From the NCBI GenBank assembly GCA_003140595.1, contig PLKG01000097.1:27495-91494 (forward strand): 64,000 nt of DNA, written 5' to 3'. Under the pieces are notes generated by a model that worked only from the letters and a program-made list of their open reading frames with translations, was not told where the DNA came from and ran no database searches. Within the stretch, counting starts at the first letter, position 1. Each line of letters opens with the position of its first letter. Source of the DNA: Acidimicrobiaceae bacterium (GTDB lineage Bacteria; Actinomycetota; Acidimicrobiia; Acidimicrobiales; Bog-793). Both the position numbers and the translations under genes were made by a program. Of the stretch, positions 1 to 8,814 are shown piece after piece.

Positions 1-501
1 GAGTGGGTCTTCGTCAAGCGCGCGCTCGATCATCGGCCGGCCGTCTTCCTCGCGAACCACGGCAAGGCTGTCGACCACCCGACAGCGGCTGTCAACATCG
101 CCTCGCTCATCGAATTGGTTGCGACAAGGTCAGGCCGACGGATCCTCAACAGCGCAGACCCCGACGCGCCGAGTGCGCTGGAGATCTCGCGCACGATCGC
201 GCGGACACTCGGGCACATCCGGGAGGAGGTGCTGCTCGACGGCGGAACCGAGGAAGCCTTGGGCCGCCATCCCTGGGAACGGCCGCACCCGGTCGTGCTC
301 GACATGACCGCGGCCGTCGATCTCGGCTACACGCCAGTCGGCGACTACGCGCGGACGGTGACATCCGAGGTCGAATGGCTTGTCGCCTCCGCCGTCCAAG
401 GTGGTGATGGGGCGGAGCTTCCACCTGGGCTCGACGCTGAGTTCTTCGAACCGTTCTTCGACTACGCAGCCGAGGACGGCCACCTCACCCATCGCGCTTG
501 A
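1..501 (+). CDS. C-terminal part of a protein entering from upstream of the window (possibly NAD-dependent epimerase/reductase-like)
   Basis: Frame 1 is open from nt 1 to the stop at 499-501. Composition is protein-like (LNSADPDAPSALEISRTIARTLGH). The family assignment is a weak guess. Confidence 0.35.
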   Translation, partial: EWVFVKRALDHRPAVFLANHGKAVDHPTAAVNIASLIELVATRSGRRILNSADPDAPSALEISRTIARTLGHIREEVLLDGGTEEALGRHPWERPHPVVLDMTAAVDLGYTPVGDYARTVTSEVEWLVASAVQGGDGAELPPGLDAEFFEPFFDYAAEDGHLTHRA

Positions 502-667
502 CCGCGCGATACCCAGGCCGAGCTTGGTCGTGCCGGCAACCGTCACAACTCGCTTCGGACCCGCAGAGCCCGTTTGGCCGCCTGGACGCGCCTCGGCCGC
601 CTCGACGCTCGCGGGCTAGGCGTCGAGACGGCCGGAGGTTGCTCGTCCGAGGAGAGAGACGAACGAT

Positions 668-2263
668 TTACGCAGGCGGCGCCGCTGCCAGCGTGACGGT
701 GACGGTCTGGGTACCGCCGAAGGAACTCTCGTAGGTGACCTTGGCACGATCTCCAGGACGCAGATTGTGAATAAGGGTCGCCAACTCGCTCATTGTGGGA
801 GTCGCATGACCGTCGAAAGCGATGATCACGTCACCGCCCTGAATGCCGGCTTGGTAGGCGGGACTCCCAGGCTCGACGTACTCCAGGCCGGCGCCGGTCG
901 CTGATCCCGAACCCTGAAGGGAAACCGTCTGGCCCTCAATACCGAGGAAGGCCTCGACGCCTATGACGATCCCCTGACCGCTCTTGCCCTGCTCGATGTC
1001 ATTCGCGATCTGCAGCACCCGACTGATCGGAAGGGCGAAACCTATCGGCGTGGCCCCGTCTGCGCTCGCTGCAGCGGTGTCCATGCCAATGACGTCCCCT
1101 GACGAGTCGACCAATGGTCCGCCGGAGTTCCCGGGCTCGATCAGAGCATCCACCTGGATCAGGCCAGACAGGGACTCACTCAACCCGCTTTGGTCGCTGG
1201 CCGTGATCTTCCGGCTGAGGGCCGTGACGGCCCCTGCGGTGACTGTCGACGGGAAGCCCTGGCCACCGGCATTGCCGATCGCCACGACCGAGTTGCCGAT
1301 CTTGACAGTCGAGGAGTTGCCGAACTTCACGGTCGGTAGGCCTCTCACGCCGCTCACTTGCAGGACTGCCACGTCAGCTGTCGCGTCAGTGCCGACAACT
1401 GTCGCCTTGTGGGTGCCGTGATTCTCGATCACAACGTTGATGGTGCTCGCACCTTCGACGACATGGTTGTTGGTGATGATCTCGCCGCTGGAGGTGGCGA
1501 TCATGCCCGTCCCCTCGCCGAGGTTCGTGTTGATGTCGACAACGGCCGGACCGACTGCAGCCGCGATCTGCGCGGTCGTCAGTGCGTGCCCGGCGGGCGA
1601 GGTAGCCAATCCTGCTGAAGTGGCTTGGTTCTGTCGAGTCACGTAGGCGATCCCCGCGCCACCGCCGACGCCGACCAGAACCAGTGCCGCCGCGAACACG
1701 GCTAAGGCCTTGCGACCGCGCTTAGGACGCGCCGGCTCGGCTAGCTGATTGGCTACGGGGCCGTAACTGCCTGGTGGGTAGGCACCTGGCGGGTAGGCAC
1801 CTGGCTGGTAGGCGCCTGGCGGGTAGGCACCGGTCTCCGGTGTGTAACCGGCTGGGCCGTAACCGCCGGTTACGTAGCCGGGCGGAGGATAGCCACCGGG
1901 TGGGTAGGTGCCGGGTGGGTAGGTGTCGAACGCGTAGCCAAACGCCGGGCGCCAGTCGGGGTCGTAACCGGCGGGCGTAGCGCTCGCGGGCTGGTTGTCG
2001 CCGGGCACGCCGCTCGTGGGCGCATAGTCGCCAGGTGTCCCGGCGGGATAAGTCTCCTGCTCGGGTGCCCCGGCCCGAGGAGCCTGCACCACTCCAGAAT
2101 CGAAGAGCGCGTTCGGGGGTTCCGCCAGCAGAGGCGTGGCGCTGGTCACTTCTGGCTCCGAGGGCAGGGGCATGGCGCTGGTCACCTCCGGCTGCGCCCA
2201 AGGGGGCAGGGGCTCGGTCTGTTGCTCTCGCTGCTCGTCGTTCCGTTCGTCCATGACACTCAC
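668..2263 (-). CDS. htrA: HtrA/DegP-family (S1C) trypsin-like serine protease with C-terminal PDZ domain and long Pro/Gly/Tyr-rich N-terminal region
   Basis: 531-aa ORF. Triad contexts are TNNHVV (His), DVAVLQV (Asp) and GNSGGPL (Ser). TM segment ALAVFAAALVLVGVGGG. PDZ-like C-terminus GSPAYQAGIQGGDVII. Confidence 0.9.
   Translation of the reverse strand: MSVMDERNDEQREQQTEPLPPWAQPEVTSAMPLPSEPEVTSATPLLAEPPNALFDSGVVQAPRAGAPEQETYPAGTPGDYAPTSGVPGDNQPASATPAGYDPDWRPAFGYAFDTYPPGTYPPGGYPPPGYVTGGYGPAGYTPETGAYPPGAYQPGAYPPGAYPPGSYGPVANQLAEPARPKRGRKALAVFAAALVLVGVGGGAGIAYVTRQNQATSAGLATSPAGHALTTAQIAAAVGPAVVDINTNLGEGTGMIATSSGEIITNNHVVEGASTINVVIENHGTHKATVVGTDATADVAVLQVSGVRGLPTVKFGNSSTVKIGNSVVAIGNAGGQGFPSTVTAGAVTALSRKITASDQSGLSESLSGLIQVDALIEPGNSGGPLVDSSGDVIGMDTAAASADGATPIGFALPISRVLQIANDIEQGKSGQGIVIGVEAFLGIEGQTVSLQGSGSATGAGLEYVEPGSPAYQAGIQGGDVIIAFDGHATPTMSELATLIHNLRPGDRAKVTYESSFGGTQTVTVTLAAAPPA
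1771..1830. repeat. 4 x 15-bp tandem repeat (ctggYgggtaggcRc) inside the htrA N-terminal low-complexity region
   Basis: Consecutive units at 1771-1785, 1786-1800, 1801-1815 and 1816-1830 differ by 1-2 nt. They encode the PGAYP-type repeats of the minus-strand ORF. Confidence 0.9.
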
Positions 2264-2452
2264 CTCCGGTCAAGCGCTCACCGAGCGCCAGGGCCAAGAC
2301 CCTTCCGTCCCGAGCTCGCCTGGCGCGACTCGAGTATCGATATCCAGATCATGCGACCCAGTACTCAGTTCTTCCTCCACGGGAACTGTGAGTCCGCTGA
2401 GAGTATTCAAGCGGGTCGGCGAACCTTTTCAGGCAGCCGGATCCGGACAGAG

Positions 2453-4138
2453 TCAGTCGTAGGTGGCTTCCAGGCGCCACTGTCCTTGCTCGAGGACGAG
2501 CAGATGTGCGGTCCCATCGTCGAGCAGCACCTGCAAACGAGCCCTCCGCCTGGCAACAGCCGGATCCCACCAGCGCTCGTCAGCAGGCCATGGACCCGAC
2601 CAGCCCATGACTCCGACAGGCGAGCTACCGGCAATCTGCAGCACTAAGGAAGAAGGGGCTGAGGTGCACCGCCCACGTCCGGTGACCACTACCGGAGCCC
2701 CATCGGAGCCTAGGAGCTCGACAGGAACGGGCACAGGATGGACAAGAGCCGGCGAAGGAGCAGGAAGACGACCCGGCCAAGGTGGCACGACCTGGGCACC
2801 GACCGTGACACCGGAGGGACGACGTCCCGGTCGGACGCTCCCCGATGCCCGCTTCGCACCGCCTCCCAGGCGAGCTGCCTTGGTGCTGGTGGCTCGGACG
2901 TCACGGTTCTCCTCAGACTCCTCACCCCAAGGTACGAGGCGGATCTGTTCGTCTGGCCCCCTCCCGCCAGTGCGAACCGGGGTCAGGACGGCCTCATGGC
3001 CGAGAAGGCCCTGGATTCGCGCCAGACCCCGTTCGACTTGCCGGCTTGCCCCGGCTACACCCCCTTCGAAGTCCATCTGGCGTCCATCGTCTGCCACTGC
3101 ACCAGTGACCGTGAGCCGCAACATGGTGACCCCGGCAGTAGGGGCGTTGACCACCGGTCCCTGGAGCCATCCATCGAGCTGCCATCGGACCCTGTCCACC
3201 ATGGAGCGCGCGCTGAAAGGGCGATCTCCTCTCCACCAGCGCTGTAGCGACTCGCCATGTTCTGTCTCTGCCTCGACAAGCAGCTGAGTAGCGGCGAGAC
3301 CGTGCGGGGCGAGGCGGCCAACGAGCTCATCGGCAAGGCCTACGGCAACAAATGCCAGGGCGTCAGCCCGGTCGGCAGGCGGGTCGAGCGCCCGGTAAAC
3401 CGTGAGGTCCGCTGGAGGGTCCCCGAGAACGAGCGGTCGCTCGTCGAGACCCCGGGCAAGCCGATGGGCAAAACCGCCTTCGACTCCAAATCGGGCCAGC
3501 ACCGCACCCTCGTCCAACTCGGCGAACTCACCGAGCGTGCGGATCCCGAGCCGCCTGAGCACGTCGGCGAGCATGGGCAGGCCGAGGACCTCCACCGCAA
3601 AGTGACCGAGCCACTCCGGCGTCGCGCCACGAGGCACTATCAAGCCTTCGCGTGCGGCGAGCCGCGCAGCAAACGGCCCGTCGGCGATCCCCACCTGGCA
3701 CGATGGCTCAGGGGCGGTAGTGCCGGCCGCACGGGCTACGGCCACGACGGCTGCAGCCGCTGCGTTACAGACCTGCTCGGCCAGAGAAACCTCCCCACCG
3801 AAATAGCGGGCGGGGGCCCGGACAGGCAGGGCACAGACCCCGGGCCTGGTGAGCTCCACGCGGGGCGTGAAGCCCGCCACCGCTACCACGACGGGCTCGA
3901 AGCTGCGCGCGTCCCGAGCCGGTTCCTCGCCAACCACGACGAGCTCCGGACAATATGCCTGGGCCTCCCTGCGGCGCTGCCCGAGCCGCACACCCTCCAC
4001 CCTGGCAGACGCGGAAGAGGCGATCACCCGGTTGACGGCGAGGATGGCAGCCGGCCGGTCGGCGAGCCCGGCAGCAACAAGAGGCCAATCAGGACACCAG
4101 ACGACAAGGGTGCGAACCGGAGGCACCACTGACCTCAA
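2453..4138 (-). CDS. imuB: ImuB, catalytically inactive Y-family polymerase-like component of the SOS mutasome
   Basis: 561-aa ORF. The N-terminus RTLVVWCPDWPLVAAG...RVIASSASARVEGVRLGQRRREAQAYCPEL is typical of actinobacterial ImuB. It overlaps the upstream imuA'-like gene by 4 nt. Confidence 0.85.
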   Translation of the reverse strand: MRSVVPPVRTLVVWCPDWPLVAAGLADRPAAILAVNRVIASSASARVEGVRLGQRRREAQAYCPELVVVGEEPARDARSFEPVVVAVAGFTPRVELTRPGVCALPVRAPARYFGGEVSLAEQVCNAAAAAVVAVARAAGTTAPEPSCQVGIADGPFAARLAAREGLIVPRGATPEWLGHFAVEVLGLPMLADVLRRLGIRTLGEFAELDEGAVLARFGVEGGFAHRLARGLDERPLVLGDPPADLTVYRALDPPADRADALAFVAVGLADELVGRLAPHGLAATQLLVEAETEHGESLQRWWRGDRPFSARSMVDRVRWQLDGWLQGPVVNAPTAGVTMLRLTVTGAVADDGRQMDFEGGVAGASRQVERGLARIQGLLGHEAVLTPVRTGGRGPDEQIRLVPWGEESEENRDVRATSTKAARLGGGAKRASGSVRPGRRPSGVTVGAQVVPPWPGRLPAPSPALVHPVPVPVELLGSDGAPVVVTGRGRCTSAPSSLVLQIAGSSPVGVMGWSGPWPADERWWDPAVARRRARLQVLLDDGTAHLLVLEQGQWRLEATYD

Positions 4139-4929
4139 GCCGGGAGGCGCAACAGGCCTCGTCTCGGTCGGCTGGCTGCACCTCGGCCACCGATTTCAGC
4201 CTCGAGCCGCCGTGAGCTGAGCAAACCGTGGCCGTGCTCGAGCCCGGACCAGCTCGACTCTCTCACAGCGCAACGCAAGTCCGACGGGCCAGGCCAACGT
4301 GCCATGACGCGTCCCGACCGCGCAGGTCCGCCGGAAAGGAGCCCCCTCGCGACACCTGTAGGGGTGCTCGCGTCGAGTACGAGCAAGGTCGAACAGCGCT
4401 CTCGCGCACGAGCGGCAAGCCGACTGGCGTCAACGGGTCGCACGGGGGTGTCCGGCGCTAGACAGACGAGATCGACGGTCTCGAGCAGCGTCGCAACGAC
4501 GCTCTGCCAGCGGCCTTCCGAGCCAGGGCGAGGGACGACGACAAGACGGTCGAGATCTGCCCCCAGCTCGGCTGCTGCCGCAAACCCGAGCTCCGGCAAG
4601 CCGACTACTGCGCACCAGTACCCAAGAGACGACGTGCCGGCGAGCAACAAGAGCATCAGGCTCGTCAATCCCGGCGTCCGGTTTGCCACGGTTGAGCTGG
4701 ACCCGGCAGGTCCGAGGAACGTATCCGGCGCTACTGCCGGCCCGAGCAGGACCGTGCCGCCTCTCGGGAGCCCGCCACCTGGGAACAGCCCGGCCAACTC
4801 CGGGAGAACAGGCAGAACCCGCTCGGCCGGCAACGAGCCCGGAATGGGACTAGGACCCTTCGAAGCGATGCCGATCACCGGTCGGGTACCAGACGGTGAC
4901 GACATCCCGGCAAGAGCATGCGTGGCCAT
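4135..4929 (-). CDS. imuA': ImuA'-like (RecA-fold-related) SOS mutasome accessory protein
   Basis: It sits immediately upstream of and overlapping imuB. The start is set at ATG 4929 (M31 of the 294-aa ORF) because a LexA box lies at 4942-4957. The identity call rests mainly on context. Confidence 0.65.
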   Translation of the reverse strand: MATHALAGMSSPSGTRPVIGIASKGPSPIPGSLPAERVLPVLPELAGLFPGGGLPRGGTVLLGPAVAPDTFLGPAGSSSTVANRTPGLTSLMLLLLAGTSSLGYWCAVVGLPELGFAAAAELGADLDRLVVVPRPGSEGRWQSVVATLLETVDLVCLAPDTPVRPVDASRLAARARERCSTLLVLDASTPTGVARGLLSGGPARSGRVMARWPGPSDLRCAVRESSWSGLEHGHGLLSSRRLEAEIGGRGAASRPRRGLLRLPA

Positions 4930-4941
4930 AGTTCGCAGTAT

Positions 4942-4957
4942 ACGAACATATGTTCGA
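4942..4957. promoter_or_regulatory. LexA (SOS) box, actinobacterial type TCGAAC-N4-GTTCGA
   Basis: The sequence ACGAACATATGTTCGA is a near-perfect palindrome. It lies 13 nt upstream of the imuA' ATG and 70 nt upstream of the divergent GNAT gene. Confidence 0.75.
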
Positions 4958-5027
4958 TTCGCAAGAGGGCTACAGCCGAGATGGCCTCTGGCCTGCTCAT
5001 AGCACTCGGGCAGTGACAAGATCGGTC

Positions 5028-5576
5028 ATGGCTATTCTCGTGCGCGAAGCAGAAGTAGCCGATGCCGGTGCGATCGCCACCTCGCACGTACGGTCCTGGC
5101 AGGTCGGCTACGCCAATGTGATCTCGGGTGAGCTGCTTCGGGGTCTCGGCTCCGAGCTCGCCCAACGCACTTTGTGGTGGCAGACGATCATCCTCGGTGC
5201 CGAGGCGGAGGACCGCTTCGTGCTCGTCGTCGAGTTCGACGATGAACTGGCGGGTTGGCTGGGTGGCGGGCCATGCCGCGACGCCAAACCGGATGAGCCG
5301 CTCGGCGAGGTGATCGGCTGCTATGTCGACCCCGCACACTGGCGCAAAGGTCTCGGCAGCGCTCTCATGGCGGCGGGGATCGAACGGCTCACGCGAGCCG
5401 GGTACCAACTAGCAGTGCTCTGGGTACTGACCGACAACGTCGGTGCACGGGCGTTCTACGAACACCAAGGCTGGCTCGCGGACCGGGAGCAGAAGATGTA
5501 CGAGATGGGCGGCGAGCGCTACCCCGAGGTGCGTTACCGACTTTCGCTGGCCCGAAAGAGCTCAGCCGCGTCCTGA
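5028..5576 (+). CDS. GNAT-family N-acetyltransferase
   Basis: MAILVREAEVADAGAI... with a GNAT motif-A-like segment (HWRKGLGSALMAAGIE). The start is taken at ATG 5028; the ORF is open from 4950. Confidence 0.8.
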   Translation: MAILVREAEVADAGAIATSHVRSWQVGYANVISGELLRGLGSELAQRTLWWQTIILGAEAEDRFVLVVEFDDELAGWLGGGPCRDAKPDEPLGEVIGCYVDPAHWRKGLGSALMAAGIERLTRAGYQLAVLWVLTDNVGARAFYEHQGWLADREQKMYEMGGERYPEVRYRLSLARKSSAAS

Positions 5577-5581
5577 TGTTG

Positions 5582-6064
5582 TCAGGTGAGCGGTCCCGAC
5601 GGCGACCCCGGGCTGCCGGGCGGGAGGCCGGCGCCAAAGCCGGGCGGCATGGCCGAGCCGGGAAATCCCCCGCCCATGTCCTGGCCACCCGCACGAGGGT
5701 CCATCGGTCCGGTGAAACGGCGGCCGTTCCGTAGGAAGGCAGCCGCTCCGGCGCCCAGGTATCTGACGGCGAGACGCGTCGCCACGTACCCGGTCACCAA
5801 AAGCCCAGCGATCCCGACCAGGACCAGGAGCACCGGCCAGTGGTACGAGTGGTGCTCGCAACTCGCGGCCAACGTCACGGTGGCCTTGACCCCACTCGTG
5901 CAGATGGCGGGCAGATGCCCGTTCTTCCACGCCGTCCACACCACGAGCACGCCACCAACGAAAAAGCACAGGAACCACGCCGTCTGCAGCAACATGACCC
6001 GCTTCAACATCCGGGTCGCCTTCGCCATGACGTCGCTCGGAGTCGGCAAGACTTCGCTGCCCAT
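5582..6064 (-). CDS. Hypothetical membrane protein (2 TM helices, Gly/Pro-rich C-terminal tail)
   Basis: TM segments LLQTAWFLCFFVGGVLVVW and WPVLLVLVGIAGLLVTGYV. ATG 6064 is preceded by GGGAGG with a 6-nt spacer. The opposite-strand ORF looks compositionally spurious. Confidence 0.55.
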   Translation of the reverse strand: MGSEVLPTPSDVMAKATRMLKRVMLLQTAWFLCFFVGGVLVVWTAWKNGHLPAICTSGVKATVTLAASCEHHSYHWPVLLVLVGIAGLLVTGYVATRLAVRYLGAGAAAFLRNGRRFTGPMDPRAGGQDMGGGFPGSAMPPGFGAGLPPGSPGSPSGPLT

Positions 6065-6159
6065 GACCGACCTCCCGTCCGTAGCGCCCCTCACAAAGCT
6101 ACGCAGGTAGCGATCCAACTGCACTCAGGTCACCCCCGTCCGCATCGATGAGGGGACCA

Positions 6160-7761
6160 TCAGGCGAGGGCGACCAAGTCGCCGAGGTCATCGCTCCAAG
6201 TGTCCTCAACGCCATCGGGCATGAGAACGACATGCTCGGGAGAAAGCGCCTGCACAGCACCAGGATCATGGGTCACGAGCACGATGGCACCGGCGTAGGT
6301 GTGCAGTGCCTTGAGTACCTCGCCGCGGCTGGCTGGATCGAGGTTGTTCGTCGGTTCGTCCAACAGGAGAACATTCGCTGCTGACACGACAAGTGTCGCG
6401 AGTGCCAGACGCGTCTTCTCGCCGCCCGACAGAGTGCCGGCCAACTGGTCGATGCGCTCACCACCGAACAGGAACGACCCCAGGATTCGCCGAAGCTCCG
6501 CGTCGCTCACCTTCGGCGGTGCCTTGTGCCGCACGTTCTCGTACACAGTTTGCGAGGCGTCCAAGGTCTCGTGCTCCTGGGCGTAGTAACCCAGCTGGAG
6601 ACCGTGACCTTGCACAACCTCTCCGGCATCGGGCCGCTCTATTCCCGACAGCACGCGCAACAGAGTGGTCTTGCCTGCGCCGTTCAGCCCGAGGATGACA
6701 ACTCGGCTGCCGCGGTCGATCGCGAGGTCGATGCCCGAGAACACCTCGAGGGACCCGTAGGACTTCGTGAGCCCGGCCGCGCTGAGCGGCGTCTTGCCGC
6801 AAGGTGAGGGAGCCGGGAAGCGCAATCTGGCCACCTTGTCGGCCCGCCGGACGTCCTCCAGTCCCTCGGTAAGACGCGCGGCGCGCCTGTCGAGGTTGTG
6901 GGCCATACGGGCCTTGGTCGCCTTCGCTCGCATACGGTCGGCCTGGGCCTTGAGCTCGACGACCTTGCGCTCGGCGTTGGCCCGTTCGCGCCGCCTCCGA
7001 CGCTCATCGACGGCAAGCTGTTCCAGGTACGCCTTCCACCCGAGACGGTACACATCGAGCTGGGTTCGTGTCGCGTCAAGGTGGAACACCTTGTTGACGA
7101 CCGAGTCGAGGAGCTCACCGTCGTGGCTGATCACCATCAGCCCGCCATCGTGGGCACGGAGGAAATGGCGCAGCCACACAATCGAATCGGCGTCGAGATG
7201 GTTCGTCGGCTCGTCCAAGATGAGTGTTGGAGCGCCTGAGAACAGCACCCGGGCCAGCTCCACCCTGCGCCGTTGACCTCCAGAAAGTGTGCCGAGCGGT
7301 TGGGTGAGCACCCTTTCGGGAAGTCCCAGGCTGGACGCTATCGAACCGGCCTCGGCTTCGGCTGCCCATCCGCCCAGGAGATGGAACTGCTCCTCGAGCC
7401 GAGAGTAGCGCTTGAGGATCCGGTCCTGATGTTCGGCATCGCCTTGACCCATGTCGGTTCGCGCGACCTGGAGTTCGTGGACGATGCGATCGAGACCCCT
7501 CGCTCCAAGGATCCGGTCGCGCGCGACGACGTTCAGGTCACCAGTGCGCGGGTCCTGGGGAAGGTATGCCACGGGCACCGAACGGCGGACTGAGCCCCCA
7601 GCCGGGAGAGCCTCGCCGGCCAGAACTCTGGCGAGGGTGGTCTTTCCGGCTCCGTTACGCCCAACTAGACCGATCCGGTCCCCGGGCGCGACCTGGAAGG
7701 TCACCGGCTCAAGAAGCTGGCGACCTCCGGCGGTGAGCTCGATGTCGGTGGCGGTGATCAT
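6160..7761 (-). CDS. ABC-F family ATPase (two ABC cassettes, no TM domain)
   Basis: Walker A GRNGAGKTT and GLNGAGKTT; signatures LSGGQRRR and LSGGEKTR. The N-terminus MITATDIEL is typical of actinobacterial ABC-F proteins. The ORF is open up to 7815. Confidence 0.85.
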   Translation of the reverse strand: MITATDIELTAGGRQLLEPVTFQVAPGDRIGLVGRNGAGKTTLARVLAGEALPAGGSVRRSVPVAYLPQDPRTGDLNVVARDRILGARGLDRIVHELQVARTDMGQGDAEHQDRILKRYSRLEEQFHLLGGWAAEAEAGSIASSLGLPERVLTQPLGTLSGGQRRRVELARVLFSGAPTLILDEPTNHLDADSIVWLRHFLRAHDGGLMVISHDGELLDSVVNKVFHLDATRTQLDVYRLGWKAYLEQLAVDERRRRRERANAERKVVELKAQADRMRAKATKARMAHNLDRRAARLTEGLEDVRRADKVARLRFPAPSPCGKTPLSAAGLTKSYGSLEVFSGIDLAIDRGSRVVILGLNGAGKTTLLRVLSGIERPDAGEVVQGHGLQLGYYAQEHETLDASQTVYENVRHKAPPKVSDAELRRILGSFLFGGERIDQLAGTLSGGEKTRLALATLVVSAANVLLLDEPTNNLDPASRGEVLKALHTYAGAIVLVTHDPGAVQALSPEHVVLMPDGVEDTWSDDLGDLVALA

Positions 7762-7893
7762 GAGGGCACTCTTGGTTCGGGGCGGTAGCGGTGTTGTCGC
7801 GACACGCGACACCACGGCCGCGCGACCTCAGGCCGGCGCTAACTACCAGACCACTAGCGTAAGCCGGATGCCGACCCGGTTAGGCCCAAGACC

Positions 7894-8625
7894 GTGAGGC
7901 GCGCCGATTTGACGGGGCCGGTGGCACTGGTAGGAAGTGGAGAGTTCCTCGAGGTGATGGTCCCCGTCGACGCCGAACTGCTCGCGGGACGCCCCCAGCG
8001 CGCAGTCTTCCTCCCGACAGCCTCCGCCGAAGATGGTCCGGACCGGGTCCGATACTGGGTCGAACTTGGCACTGCACACTACGCGGCCATGGGTGTCGAG
8101 CCTGTGGCACTCGAGGTGCTCAACCGGGAGGATGCCGAGCGCCCCGAGTTGGCCGCGATGGTCGCCGGAGCCGGTCTCGTCTACCTCTCGGGCGGCAATC
8201 CCGGGTACCTCGCCCACAGCCTGGCCGGCACGGCGGTCTGGCAGGCGATACTCGAAGCTTGGCACTCGGGTGCCGCGCTCGCAGGCTGCTCAGCCGGAGC
8301 GTGCGCGCTGAGCCGGATCGCCGAAGACTTCCGTGAGCCGGGGCGCTACAGCGGTGAAGGCCTCGCCGTGGTACCCCAGCTGGTCGTGCTCCCGCACTTC
8401 GACCGTTTCGAACGTTGGATGCCCGACTTGACGGACCGCATGCTGGCCAGGACGCCACCAGACGCGGTGCTGGTCGGTATCGACGAGGAGACGGCGCTCG
8501 TCTCAAGCGGGAACGGCTTCACGGCCCGCGGCAACAACTCGGTATGGCGGATCGACCGCGACGGGACCCGGTTGCAGCTCAAAGCAGGCGAGCAGCTGGA
8601 GTTTTCCCGGACCGCACCTCAGTAG
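7894..8625 (+). CDS. Peptidase S51 (peptidase E / cyanophycinase-like) family protein
   Basis: 243-aa ORF. Motifs LVGSGEF, YLSGGNPGYL and the nucleophile elbow GCSAGA are characteristic of the family. Confidence 0.65.
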   Translation: MRRADLTGPVALVGSGEFLEVMVPVDAELLAGRPQRAVFLPTASAEDGPDRVRYWVELGTAHYAAMGVEPVALEVLNREDAERPELAAMVAGAGLVYLSGGNPGYLAHSLAGTAVWQAILEAWHSGAALAGCSAGACALSRIAEDFREPGRYSGEGLAVVPQLVVLPHFDRFERWMPDLTDRMLARTPPDAVLVGIDEETALVSSGNGFTARGNNSVWRIDRDGTRLQLKAGEQLEFSRTAPQ

Positions 8626-8814
8626 CAGCGCCGGCGCAGGCAATGGTCGCCAAAGCGCGTCCTGTGCACAGAACCTCACCAGGGCTTGTCACACCGCAGT
8701 CCCCGAAGATGATTCGGGCAATCACGACCGCTGCTAAGCACCGGCCGTATCACCGCCACCGGGCCAGTCACCTACATCTTCCTAGTAGCTCCTAACGATG
8801 GTGAAGACGGCGCG

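Noticed and set aside
1771-1926. Tandem 15-bp repeats, considered as a possible CRISPR or minisatellite.
   Set aside because: The units are contiguous with no spacers, and they are in frame within the htrA coding sequence, encoding a PGAYP-type low-complexity region.
2453-4929. Absence of dnaE2 next to imuA'-imuB, considered as evidence of a novel or truncated mutasome.
   Set aside because: Unlinked dnaE2 is the normal arrangement in many actinobacteria, so this is not evidence for anything new from this window alone.
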